The notes under the pieces were generated by a model. The model saw only the letters and a program-made list of their open reading frames with translations, was not told the origin of the DNA and did no database searches. A DNA stretch of 64,000 nt from Candidatus Latescibacterota bacterium (GTDB lineage Bacteria > Latescibacterota > UBA2968 > UBA8231): assembly GCA_965203355.1 (NCBI GenBank), contig OZ241889.1, positions 2,816,001-2,880,000 on the forward strand. The letters run 5' to 3'. The position numbers and the translations under genes are program-made. Of this stretch, positions 28,510 to 40,721 are shown one piece after another (positions within the stretch are counted from its first letter, which is position 1; every line of letters starts with the position of its first letter).

Positions 28510-29433
28510 ATGGGCCGTGCTGATCTCAAGGTTTTCGCCGGGCGGAGCAATCCCGCACTAGCTGAGGGCATTTATCAGTCGTTAGCCATTGAGCCAGGGC
28601 GCATCGATTTTATCGACTTTAGCAACGAAAACATAAAGGTGAAGATTTGCGAAAACGTGCGCGGCCGCGATGTGTTCTTTATCCAAACTTCGTGTCCGCC
28701 CGTTAGCGATCATTTGATGGAGTTGCTCATAGCGCTCGACGCCCTAAAATACGCCTCGGCTGGCCGCATCACCGCGGTCTTGCCCTATTATCCGTATGCG
28801 CTGGCCGATAGCAAGGACGAGCCGAGAATTTCCGTGACGGGTCGCTTAGTGGCCGACCTGATTGCCGAGGCCGGGGCGGACCGCATTCTCACCATGACTT
28901 TACATAGCCCGCAGACTATGGGTTTTAGCCGGATTCTAGTGGATCAGCTAAGCGGCGTCCCGGCCATATGCTCCTACTACGCCGACCTCGACCGCGGTAA
29001 TTTGGTCGTGGCCGCCCCGGACATCAGCCGCGCCAAGGTCTCCGAAATCTACGCCCAGCGGCTGGGGTTGCCCCTCGTGGTCGTCGACCAAGCGGCCGGG
29101 GAAAACAGGGTTATTGGCGACGTGGCGGACCGCGATGTCGTATTCTTCGACGATGCGATTATTACTGGTGATTCCATCCTCAAGGGAGCGACCGCGGTCA
29201 AGGAACACGGGGCGCACAAAGTCTATGCTGGCTGCGTCCACGGGACCTTAACCAAAGAGACGATAGCGCGGCTGGATACATTCAACTTCCAAGCCTTAGC
29301 CATTACCGATACGATCCCCTTGCCGACAGCCGCCCGCACCCCTATGGTGCAGGTGTGCTCCGTAGCCTCGCTCTTTGCCAGGGCCATCCGCGCCATTCAC
29401 GAAGAAACGTCCATCAGCGCACTATTCAACTGA
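28510..29433 (+). CDS. prs: Ribose-phosphate pyrophosphokinase-like, paralogue 2 (degenerate)
   Basis: ENVRGRDVF, RITAVLPYYPYA, FFDDAIITG; lacks the KRR loop. Confidence 0.8.
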   Translation: MGRADLKVFAGRSNPALAEGIYQSLAIEPGRIDFIDFSNENIKVKICENVRGRDVFFIQTSCPPVSDHLMELLIALDALKYASAGRITAVLPYYPYALADSKDEPRISVTGRLVADLIAEAGADRILTMTLHSPQTMGFSRILVDQLSGVPAICSYYADLDRGNLVVAAPDISRAKVSEIYAQRLGLPLVVVDQAAGENRVIGDVADRDVVFFDDAIITGDSILKGATAVKEHGAHKVYAGCVHGTLTKETIARLDTFNFQALAITDTIPLPTAARTPMVQVCSVASLFARAIRAIHEETSISALFN

Positions 29434-29438
29434 GGCAG

Positions 29439-30167
29439 GTGCCCTTGAAGATCGCAGTGCTTGCCGATATTCACGCCAATCTCGAAGCGCTAGAGGCCGT
29501 ATTAATCGCTGCGGCCAACGCCGGGGCCGAGCGCATTATTTGCTTGGGGGACATCGTGGGATATGGTCCCGACCCTTTGGGTTGTATCTATCGGCTCAAG
29601 GAGGTAGAAGCCCAGCTCGTATTGGGCAACCACGACCAAGCGATGCTAGAGCCGGTGCGCATTCAGTCTTTTAATCTGTTGGCCCGTCCTTCGCTCTACC
29701 AAGCCTGCGAGATGTTGGGGGAAGAAGAACGCGATTTTTTGCGGCAAGGAACCTTTCGGCGCGTGGAGCGCAACGCGGCTTTGTCCCACGCCAACCCCCT
29801 TAAGCCCGAAGAATGGGAACCCCTTCTCCTGTACGAGCGCGTCGCTTGGTGTATGCGCCATCTCAAATGGCCCTTGGCTTTTGTCGGCCACACGCACGAG
29901 GCGCGCATTTACTGCAAAATGAGAGACGCTCCCATACCGCTGACTTCGGCTATGGCTGCCGTCGGCAATCACCAGTTCTTGGTTTCCGTCGGCAGTGTCG
30001 GTCAACCTCGCGATGGCGACTGGCGGTCGGCATACACCCTGTGGGATACCGACGAACAATGGGTCGAACTCCAGCGCGTCGAATACCCGGTCCAGATGAC
30101 CCAGCAGAAGATCGACAACCTTGGCTATCCCAGCTACCTAGCCTGGCGCCTCGCCAAAGGGGAGTAG
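29439..30167 (+). CDS. Metallophosphoesterase (calcineurin-like)
   Basis: DIHAN, GDIVGYG, GNHD, GHTH, GSVGQPRD. Confidence 0.9.
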   Translation: MPLKIAVLADIHANLEALEAVLIAAANAGAERIICLGDIVGYGPDPLGCIYRLKEVEAQLVLGNHDQAMLEPVRIQSFNLLARPSLYQACEMLGEEERDFLRQGTFRRVERNAALSHANPLKPEEWEPLLLYERVAWCMRHLKWPLAFVGHTHEARIYCKMRDAPIPLTSAMAAVGNHQFLVSVGSVGQPRDGDWRSAYTLWDTDEQWVELQRVEYPVQMTQQKIDNLGYPSYLAWRLAKGE

Positions 30168-30184
30168 GCAGGGGCTGGTCGCAC

Positions 30185-31090
30185 ATGCGGGGCCGCATCA
30201 TCAGAGTTTCTGGGTTACAGTGCCTCGTCGAGGTTGAGCAAAGTCACTGGCAGTGCAAAATTAGGGGCCGTCTCAAGGCCGGGGACCGCAAGACGAGCTC
30301 GCCGGTCGTTGCCGGCGACTGGGTTGAGATCGCGCCTATAGCTGAACGGACGGGCATCATTGAAGCGGTACACACTCGCTCTTCCAAGTTCTCGCGTGGG
30401 GCCAGCGGAACGCGCCCGTTTGAGCAGATCCTCTTTGTCAACATGGAGCAATTGTTCGTCGTCGTAGCGGCCAGTCAACCCAAGCCCCGCCGCGGCTTTA
30501 TCGACCGTGCGATTGTCATGGCCATAAAAGGGAATCTCCAGCCCGTAGTCTGCATCAACAAGGTTGATTTAGTCTCCCAAGAAGCGGTGAACGCGCTGAC
30601 GGGCCCCTACGAGGCACTTGGTTATCCAATCTATCGCACTAGTGCTCTACGAGGCGATGGCATGGATTCATTCAAAGCAGCCCTGATCAACCGCAGCACA
30701 GCCGTGGTCGGCCAATCTGGGGTCGGCAAATCGACCTTGCTCAACAGCGTTGAGCCGAGGTTGGGGCTAAAGACCAAAGAAATAATGACGCGCCACGACC
30801 GGGGCCGACACACGACCCCGGTCGTGCATTTGTTTAAGTTGCAACAAGGCGGCTATGTGGCCGATACACCAGGGGTTAAAGAACTCCGCTTATGGGGGGT
30901 AAAATCCGCTGAACTAGCCGAGTACTATCCCGAATTAGAACCCCTGCGCGGCCAGTGCCAATTTGGCGATTGTAGCCACTTGCACGAACCTGGTTGTGCG
31001 GTCCGGGTGGCGGTGGCAACCGGCCGCATCGCGAAGGCGCGCTACGAAGGGTATCGGCGCATCTTCGAAAGCTTGAGTAGCGATGAGTGA
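30185..31090 (+). CDS. rsgA: Ribosome small subunit-dependent GTPase A
   Basis: NKVD, GQSGVGKST, GRHTT, DTPG, C.F.DC.H..EPGC. Confidence 0.95.
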   Translation: MRGRIIRVSGLQCLVEVEQSHWQCKIRGRLKAGDRKTSSPVVAGDWVEIAPIAERTGIIEAVHTRSSKFSRGASGTRPFEQILFVNMEQLFVVVAASQPKPRRGFIDRAIVMAIKGNLQPVVCINKVDLVSQEAVNALTGPYEALGYPIYRTSALRGDGMDSFKAALINRSTAVVGQSGVGKSTLLNSVEPRLGLKTKEIMTRHDRGRHTTPVVHLFKLQQGGYVADTPGVKELRLWGVKSAELAEYYPELEPLRGQCQFGDCSHLHEPGCAVRVAVATGRIAKARYEGYRRIFESLSSDE

Positions 31091-32024
31091 ACTGACCATC
31101 GAGGATCTGCTGGCCACCTACGGGCAGCAACTACGGCTGAAGCTCAGTGCCGGTGCTGAGGGACTACCGCGAACTATCAACAACAGCGACATCCACCGCC
31201 CTGGTTTGGCCCTAATGGGTTTTGTCGAGCTGTTTACTCTCGATCAAGTACAGCTCTTGGGCAATACGGAAGCAGAGTACTTGCGCACCTTGTCCGCAGA
31301 CAGACGGCGGCAGGCACTCAAAATCATATATCAATTTGATATTCCATGCGTGGTTTGGACCGGTAGGGGACGGATGTTTCCCGAGTTGCGACAGCTCGCC
31401 GACGAGTGTGCGGTGCCCCTGCTGAAGTCTGGATTCAACACAGCCGAGTTCACCCATCTTATCCGTTTTTACCTCGACGAGGTGTTCGCGCCCCAAATAT
31501 CCATGCACGGGACACTCGTGGATGTCTCTGGGGTAGGGTTGCTCTTTCGCGGTCGCAGCGGCATTGGCAAAAGTGAGGTCGCCTTGGATTTGGTCGAGCG
31601 CGGACATCGGCTGGTAGCCGACGATGTGGTCATCATCAATCGCAAGCCCCAAGGCATTCTGGTGGGCTGTAGCTCGGAAATGCTCCAAGACCACATCGAA
31701 ATTCGCGGCATCGGTATCCTAGATGTAAAAAAGATGTTTGGCGCGTGGAGGACTCGGCGGCAGAAGCGGGTGGAGCTAGTGGTCAACCTCGTTGATTGGG
31801 ACGAAAAATACGCCTACGAACGCCTTGGTCTTGAAGACAATAAGGTGGCAATCCTCGGCGTCGAGGTGCCCGAGGTCTTTATCCCGCTGTTTCCGGGTAA
31901 AAATATCACGGTGCTCGCCGAGACCATAGCGATAGATTATCTCTTGCGTTTGGACGGGGAGTACGCGGCACGGACCTTGAGCGACCGGCTCCAAGAGCGG
32001 ATTAAGGCGAGCGAAAAACCATGA
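31083..32024 (+). CDS. hprK: HPr kinase/phosphorylase
   Basis: RPGL, HGTLVDV, GRSGIGKSE, LVADD, EIRGIG. Confidence 0.95.
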   Translation: MSELTIEDLLATYGQQLRLKLSAGAEGLPRTINNSDIHRPGLALMGFVELFTLDQVQLLGNTEAEYLRTLSADRRRQALKIIYQFDIPCVVWTGRGRMFPELRQLADECAVPLLKSGFNTAEFTHLIRFYLDEVFAPQISMHGTLVDVSGVGLLFRGRSGIGKSEVALDLVERGHRLVADDVVIINRKPQGILVGCSSEMLQDHIEIRGIGILDVKKMFGAWRTRRQKRVELVVNLVDWDEKYAYERLGLEDNKVAILGVEVPEVFIPLFPGKNITVLAETIAIDYLLRLDGEYAARTLSDRLQERIKASEKP

Positions 32025-32833
32025 TGACGCTCGGTGTGGTAGGCCATGCTCGCGAGGTCGCCGCTCATCGGGATGCCTTGCGGGGGTGCCGCGATATCCA
32101 GCTCGTACACCAAGCCGACTGTGCCGCCGTATTGGAACGAAAAATAGATGGGCTGGTGTTGTTGCAAGTGGAAGATAAATCGCATTGGGGCGGCGTGGCC
32201 CTCGCGTCGGGTCTGCACGTTATGGCGACCCATCCAGTACAAGTGCCGAGCCATTCTAAGGTATGTGTGCTGTCCCTGGGGAGGCATACGCACTTTTGCT
32301 CGGCTTTAGCCGCTCGACAGGGCATAGCGCATTATTCGCTGGAGCTTTCCTTTGATTCGGCTTTATTCGATCCTATGGATCGCGAGATGGTGTGCAGCCA
32401 AGCGGCCTTGGACCTATGCGACCTACTGCTGAGCACTTGGGGGCCGGTAGATGTGCTGTATAGCAGGATGCGCAACTTTTTTCATCTGGGTCGGATGGAG
32501 GACGTATCGGCCGCGTTGCTGCGGATGCGCAACGGCGTCGAAGGCTCGGTTGCCCTCCTCGATTTTCCAGCGGTGGTGCCGGCGTTGCGCATCCGCGAGT
32601 GCGCCCAAGACGAAATAGTCGATACTTCTTGGCCTTGGGTTTGGGAAGCGGACGATCTGGCGGCGTACTATCGCAATTTCGTCGCCTACATCCAAGGCCG
32701 CGCCCAGCCGTTGTTGGGTTTAGAGCAGGTGACCGAAAGCTATCGTCTTTTGGAGTGGATGCGAATGTCGGCGAGACAGGATGCGATTTTAAACTGCAAG
32801 GAAATAAAAAGTCTCATAAAATTTAATATGTAA
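32021..32833 (+). CDS. Degenerate Gfo/Idh/MocA-like oxidoreductase
   Basis: Overall layout (LGVVG..GLHV.., ED.S.ALL..NGV.G, F...I.G..P) but EKP replaced by THP. Confidence 0.5.
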   Translation: MMTLGVVGHAREVAAHRDALRGCRDIQLVHQADCAAVLERKIDGLVLLQVEDKSHWGGVALASGLHVMATHPVQVPSHSKVCVLSLGRHTHFCSALAARQGIAHYSLELSFDSALFDPMDREMVCSQAALDLCDLLLSTWGPVDVLYSRMRNFFHLGRMEDVSAALLRMRNGVEGSVALLDFPAVVPALRIRECAQDEIVDTSWPWVWEADDLAAYYRNFVAYIQGRAQPLLGLEQVTESYRLLEWMRMSARQDAILNCKEIKSLIKFNM

Positions 32834-32836
32834 CCA
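32809..32836 (+). other. dif-like Xer site C
   Basis: AAGTCTCATAA-AATTTA-ATATGTAACCA. Confidence 0.7.
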
Positions 32837-32850
32837 TAAAACAAAAAAAA

Positions 32851-33852
32851 TCAGCCACCAATCTTAATATAATCAGACGCATTGTCGAGCAGTCTCTCGC
32901 GATTTTCGTAGTAGCGCATGGTCGTCTTTAGATCCTTGTGGCGCAAATGGGCTTGCACCTGCTGGGGCTTGGCTCCACCTTCAATCGCCAAAGTGCAGCA
33001 GGTGTGCCGGAACATGTGTGCGGTGACGTTCTGGGGAAGGCCAGCACGCAAGGCGTACTTTTTGACGATGTGATTCACCGATTGATCCGTCAGTGGCTGG
33101 CCCCGAGAATGGTTGCGCGACAGACTGATGAAAACCTTGCCGGTCGTCGGCAAACCCACCATCTGTAGTTGTTGTTTGTATAATTCTAGATGATGTAGGA
33201 CGATGTTTTGCAGTTTGATTTCCTGCGCCACGCCTGATTTAGTCTCGGGCAGGTACAGGACGTGAAAGACGCCTTCTAAGGATATATCCTCCCAAGCGAC
33301 GCCTGCCACTTCGGAGCGGCGCAGCCCGCCAAACGTGAGCAAGTGAAATATGGCCGCATCGCGCGTGCGTACCAAGTCGTCTTTTTCCTCGGCGATGGCT
33401 TGCTGAATCTTGTTTAGCACCTGATTGGAAAGCGCTTTACCGGCCAGCGTTTCATCTACCTTGTAGCCGCGCACCAATGTAGAGTCAGCGGGATTATTCT
33501 CAATGTGGCCTAAGGCGACCAACATCTTGAACAACGACTTCAGACTGGACAGCTTTCTGTTGATGCTGCTGCGCTTGTAGCCTTCGTTGACGAGTTGATT
33601 TCTAAAGGCGACCACGTGCTCAAAAGTGATTGACTGCAAGATGGCAAGCGATACTTCATGTAGTTCTAGGTCGATGGATGCAAAGAAATGCTCGAGATCG
33701 GAGTAATACGCACGCCGTGTGCGTTCGCTGAGCTGGCCGCTGAGAAATTGTTCCAGCGGATCGTCCGCCATCAACGCGGGCGCAGGCGTTATCCTACAGA
33801 CGATCGGGTTGCGGGTTGCGGCCGCAACATGGCGGCTCGACTGCTCGCTCAT
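32851..33852 (-). CDS. Tyrosine recombinase (Xer-like, single-recombinase candidate)
   Basis: SAM-like N-domain (TRRAY..DL..F, SINRKLSSLKS), GLRRSEV, TKSG, HMFRH, LRH, TTMRY: full R-K-H-R-H-Y set. Confidence 0.9.
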   Translation of the reverse strand: MSEQSSRHVAAATRNPIVCRITPAPALMADDPLEQFLSGQLSERTRRAYYSDLEHFFASIDLELHEVSLAILQSITFEHVVAFRNQLVNEGYKRSSINRKLSSLKSLFKMLVALGHIENNPADSTLVRGYKVDETLAGKALSNQVLNKIQQAIAEEKDDLVRTRDAAIFHLLTFGGLRRSEVAGVAWEDISLEGVFHVLYLPETKSGVAQEIKLQNIVLHHLELYKQQLQMVGLPTTGKVFISLSRNHSRGQPLTDQSVNHIVKKYALRAGLPQNVTAHMFRHTCCTLAIEGGAKPQQVQAHLRHKDLKTTMRYYENRERLLDNASDYIKIGG

Positions 33853-34047
33853 AAAATCTCGCTAGGGCTTAATTGGTATTCCAAATATAGCGAACATCAC
33901 GGGATTTTGCTTTCGCGATGCTTTGTGGCCGCGTCTTGACCCTCGCCGTCCTATCTGAGGCCATGAGGGGCAGTCGCACATGTCAGGGCGCGAAGAGCAA
34001 GATCAATTCTAAACTGGACAATTCATCCACGAACAACCTCCCTTCGG

Positions 34048-34079
34048 ATACTACCGATAATGCCTGTTATCGGTAGTAT
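34048..34079. other. Symmetric dif-like recombination site
   Basis: ATACTACCGATAA-TGCCTG-TTATCGGTAGTAT: perfect 13-bp arms, 6-bp spacer, ATAA-N6-TTAT core. Confidence 0.8.
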
Positions 34080-34099
34080 AATAGCCGAAATTAAAGAAA

Positions 34100-35866
34100 T
34101 CAGAATTTTCGCAGCAGACGCTCCATATCGCTCAATTTCATCCACGCCATGATCGGCTTATCCGTTGGGCTTATGTGCGGCGAGTCGACCTTTAGCAATT
34201 CGCTGATCAAATGTGCCATTTTCTCGGCGTTCAGTTTTTGCCCCTTCTTGATGCTCACTTTGCGTACGTAGGCCAAGACGATTGCTTCGCGCCAAGATCG
34301 ACCCGAATGTTGGCCATCGCGCACGTCGTTCAATAGCTGATAAAAAACCTCGCCTTCGCCAAAGCGATCCAGTTCGACAGGCACGGCTTCCACCAATACC
34401 GTACGGGCACCAAAATCCCGTAAGACAAAGCCCAGCTTGGCAACATCGCCTTGTATTTGCTTGAAAACTTCAAAATCCGCTGCGCCCATTTCTAGCTGTA
34501 TGGGAAAAAGCAACTGCTGGCTTTCTCCAGTTACGCCGTCCATTTTTTTTATGGCTCGATCGTAATTGATGCGTTCGTGTGCAGCCTGCTGATCGACAAA
34601 CAGCAAGCCGTCGGCTACCTCGACGAGGATGTACTGATTGTGAACCTGCCATATTGCAGCGTCTTCGGCGATGGCAATTTGGGTCGCCGGAGCGACGAAA
34701 GTAACGGCGAGCTGATCATCGGCATCCTGGGGTGTTGACCCGGGCCCCGGCAACTTCTGCAATATCGGCGATGTCGGTTCGCCCACGTGTGCTGGGATGG
34801 CAACGCCCTTGCTTTCGCTGAAGCGAGATGGGTCGTCCGGCCGCCGTATTGGGGACGTAGCATAAACAAAGGCTTGCGTATCGGGTCGCCGCAAGCTTTG
34901 CCGGACGCTGTTTTCAATAGCCGCGACAACCTGCCCTTCATTAGCCAAGCGAATTTCCCGCTTGGTCGGATGGACATTGACGTCGATTTTTCGCGGATCC
35001 ATATCGATCCAGAGCATAAACACCGGATGATGTCCTTCGGGTAGCAGCCCCTCAAAGCACCGCTGTACGGCGTTGGCTATCAATCGCGAAGCAATAGGCC
35101 GCCCCTGTACAATGAGGTACTGCTTGCCCTTGCTCCGACCACAGCGCTCGGGACCGACCAACACCCCTTCGAGCTTGAGGCCCTCTTCCGCGTACGCGAG
35201 GTCCAATAGTTCGGCAACTGGAATGCCCAACAGTTCGGCCGCCCGCTCCCGCCGCGATGAAGGAGCGTAGTTCAAGACTTGGCGGTCTTCGCGTTCTAGT
35301 TCAAACCCCAAGGCTGGATAACCAGTCGCTAAATGAATGATGGTCTGGGCCACGTGGCGCGCTTCCACATCAACAGAGCGGAGGAACTTGCGGCGCGCCG
35401 GTGTATTAAAAAACAGGTTCTTTACCACGATGGTCGTGCCGCGCGCTCGGCCGATGCTGTGCATTTCTCGCTCTATGCCCCCTTCCACGACCAAGCGCGT
35501 CCCCACTTCATCTTCCTGTGTACGCGATTCAATGGCCAAGTGAGCTACGGCCCCAATGCTGGCTAGGGCTTCGCCGCGAAAGCCTAGCGTCTGAATCCGA
35601 AACAGATCAGCTACTGAAGCCATCTTGCTCGTGGCATGGCGACGAGCACACAACGCGATATCCGCCCCGTTCATGCCCGAACCATCGTCGGTCACGACGA
35701 TCGACTGCTTGCCACCGGCCTTGATTTCCACGCGGATTTTAGTGGCACCAGCATCGATCGAGTTTTCGACCAATTCCTTCACGACCGAAGCAGGCCGTTC
35801 CACCACCTCGCCAGCGGCTATTTTCCCAATGAGACTTTCGTCTAGAACGCGAATAGTACTCGCCAT
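34100..35866 (-). CDS. mutL: DNA mismatch repair protein MutL
   Basis: IAAGEVVERPASVVKELVENSIDA, GFRGEAL, DVNVHP. Confidence 0.95.
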   Translation of the reverse strand: MASTIRVLDESLIGKIAAGEVVERPASVVKELVENSIDAGATKIRVEIKAGGKQSIVVTDDGSGMNGADIALCARRHATSKMASVADLFRIQTLGFRGEALASIGAVAHLAIESRTQEDEVGTRLVVEGGIEREMHSIGRARGTTIVVKNLFFNTPARRKFLRSVDVEARHVAQTIIHLATGYPALGFELEREDRQVLNYAPSSRRERAAELLGIPVAELLDLAYAEEGLKLEGVLVGPERCGRSKGKQYLIVQGRPIASRLIANAVQRCFEGLLPEGHHPVFMLWIDMDPRKIDVNVHPTKREIRLANEGQVVAAIENSVRQSLRRPDTQAFVYATSPIRRPDDPSRFSESKGVAIPAHVGEPTSPILQKLPGPGSTPQDADDQLAVTFVAPATQIAIAEDAAIWQVHNQYILVEVADGLLFVDQQAAHERINYDRAIKKMDGVTGESQQLLFPIQLEMGAADFEVFKQIQGDVAKLGFVLRDFGARTVLVEAVPVELDRFGEGEVFYQLLNDVRDGQHSGRSWREAIVLAYVRKVSIKKGQKLNAEKMAHLISELLKVDSPHISPTDKPIMAWMKLSDMERLLRKF

Positions 35867-35872
35867 ATGTCC

Positions 35873-36397
35873 TCATAACTCGGCCCAAAGCCGCTCAGCC
35901 CGCTGGCGGAATTCGGCTTGGGTAATTTGGCCTTGTTTGAGCGCGGTTTCCAAGTCGCGCAAGCGACGGCGTGGCCCCCCGCCCCCTTTGAGCTCTAGCC
36001 GTATTTGAGACCAGATGTGCCATCCCCCCACGCCGAGCAATAAGGCGATGAAAACCACACCTCCCCACCACGAGGCCCCTTGCTCTTGACGCACTGCGCC
36101 CCCCCGCCGTCGCCAATCTTCGGCCACGGCCGGGTCAGGCTCGGCTAGCTCAATCCGCTTGGCTACCGTCTCGCCGTTGATTCCTTGGACGCGGACCGGG
36201 CTTGTGAGCTGCCAAGTGAGTTCTTGGGGTTGCACGATCAGATACTCAATTTGATCGGCCTCTCGTATCCGGTCGAATTGCTCCCTAGTAACCGGCACGG
36301 CCATAGGACTCAGCATGTTGAACAGCAACACGATGGCCAACAAGAAGAATGCGAGTGCAAGAGCGAAGTAGGTGGGTTGTGATTGTTTTTTTGTCAT
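35873..36397 (-). CDS. Two-TM protein resembling FtsH N-terminal region with SHOCT-like tail
   Basis: TM-periplasmic loop-TM-GGG, then L..ALKQGQITQAEF. Confidence 0.55.
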   Translation of the reverse strand: MTKKQSQPTYFALALAFFLLAIVLLFNMLSPMAVPVTREQFDRIREADQIEYLIVQPQELTWQLTSPVRVQGINGETVAKRIELAEPDPAVAEDWRRRGGAVRQEQGASWWGGVVFIALLLGVGGWHIWSQIRLELKGGGGPRRRLRDLETALKQGQITQAEFRQRAERLWAEL

Positions 36398-36401
36398 TTT
36401 T

Positions 36402-36429
36402 TGTTTACATATAAAATTTTATAAGACTT
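36402..36429 (-). other. dif-like Xer site D
   Basis: Minus strand AAGTCTTATAA-AATTTT-ATATGTAAACA. Confidence 0.7.
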
Positions 36430-36432
36430 CTT

Positions 36433-39309
<2,877 letters not shown>

Positions 39310-39318
<9 letters not shown>

Positions 39319-39337
39319 AATAATCCTTATAAGACAT
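39310..39337 (-). other. dif-like Xer site E
   Basis: Minus strand ATGTCTTATAA-GGATTA-TTATGTCAATA. Confidence 0.7.
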
Positions 39338-40642
39338 TTATGGATACAGACGCTGCATCGTGCGCGGAAATGGAATGGTCTCGCGCACGTGCTTGACGCC
39401 GCACAACCAAGCGACCACCCGTTCGATGCCCATGCCGAAGCCCGCATGTTCTACGGATCCATAGCGCCGCAAGTCGAGATACCAGCTAAAGGCTTCGTCG
39501 GGCAACTGATGCGTGGAAATTTTGTGCTGCAAGACGGCAAGATCGTCTTCGCGTTGTCCGCCCCCGATGATTTCCCCGTAGCCTTCGGGTGCCAACAGGT
39601 CCATGCACAGGGCTAAGCGGCGATCTTGAGCATCTTCCTTCATGTAGAACGCTTTGACCGCGCTGGGATAGCGGTGGACGAAAACCGGCGAATCGAACTC
39701 AGAGGCCAAGAGCGTTTCGTCGTCCCCCCCCAGATCGCGCCCCCAGGCGATGTCGCTACCCAAGGCCGTCAAGCGCGCAACGGCCTTATCATAGGTCAGG
39801 CGCGGAAAGGGCCGGTTGATCTGTTCCAACTTGGCGGTATCTCGCTCGAGGAGCTTTAGCTCTTCGCGGCGGCGGTCGAGTACGCGGTCGAGCATGCACA
39901 AGACCATGTCCTCGGCTAGGGCCATGGCACCCGCTAGATCGCAATACGCCATCTCCGGCTCGATCATCCAGAACTCGGTCAGGTGACGGCGGGTCTTGGA
40001 TTTTTCAGCGCGAAACGTAGGCCCAAAACAATAGACTTTGCCTAAGGCCATGGCGGCCGCTTCCATATAGAGCTGGCCACTCTGGGTCAAATAAGCCGTG
40101 TCGTCAAAATACGCGGTCTCGAACAGAGTCGAAGTCCCCTCACAGGCGGCGGGCGTAAAAATCGGCGCATCCACGAGAACAAAGCCACGCGCTTCCATGA
40201 AGTCGCGGCAGGCTTTGCAAACTTCGCTGCGGATCTTGAGAATGGCCCCCGGACGAGCAGACCGCAGCCACAAGTGTCGGTGGTCGAGGAGAAAAGACAC
40301 TCCATGTTCCTTGGGTGTGATGGGGTATGGCTCCGCTTTCTGCACGACTTCGAGGTGGCTAACTCCGACCTCATAGCCGATCGGTGCCCGGGCCTCCCGC
40401 CGGACTTGACCGCGGATTACGAGCGAAGATTCTTGGGGCAAGTGATCGCACCGCTCGAACAGCTCGGCTTCGACATCCCCCTTAAAAACGACGCATTGCA
40501 CTACGCCACTGCCGTCACGCAGTTGCAAAAAATGCAGTTTGCCGCTCGAGCGCTTATTGTACAACCAACCGCGCAGCACCACTTCTCGGCCCTCGTAGCG
40601 ACCAATATCAGCCACCTGAATCGACTTCATTTGCTTATCCAT
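39338..40642 (-). CDS. asnS: Asparagine--tRNA ligase
   Basis: [42 protein letters not shown]. Confidence 0.95.
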   Translation of the reverse strand: MDKQMKSIQVADIGRYEGREVVLRGWLYNKRSSGKLHFLQLRDGSGVVQCVVFKGDVEAELFERCDHLPQESSLVIRGQVRREARAPIGYEVGVSHLEVVQKAEPYPITPKEHGVSFLLDHRHLWLRSARPGAILKIRSEVCKACRDFMEARGFVLVDAPIFTPAACEGTSTLFETAYFDDTAYLTQSGQLYMEAAAMALGKVYCFGPTFRAEKSKTRRHLTEFWMIEPEMAYCDLAGAMALAEDMVLCMLDRVLDRRREELKLLERDTAKLEQINRPFPRLTYDKAVARLTALGSDIAWGRDLGGDDETLLASEFDSPVFVHRYPSAVKAFYMKEDAQDRRLALCMDLLAPEGYGEIIGGGQREDDLAVLQHKISTHQLPDEAFSWYLDLRRYGSVEHAGFGMGIERVVAWLCGVKHVRETIPFPRTMQRLYP

Positions 40643-40661
40643 ATACTATTATATAATAAAT

Positions 40662-40700
40662 AAGAAAAGGCTATCGAGCTAGACTCGATAGCCTTTTCTT
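40662..40700 (-). terminator. Intrinsic terminator after pnp
   Basis: AAGAAAAGGCTATCGAG-ctaga-CTCGATAGCCTTTTCTT. Confidence 0.85.
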
Positions 40701-40721
40701 CGTCTAGCGCAAGACTGCCAC

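Noticed and set aside
32851-33852. Prophage, integron or genomic-island integrase
   Set aside because: No cargo, att repeats, attC sites or adjacent tRNA; no IntI-specific insertion recognised
40635-40662. AT-rich patch at the asnS start resembling the dif-like motif
   Set aside because: Spacing and right arm do not fit the 11-6-11 consensus
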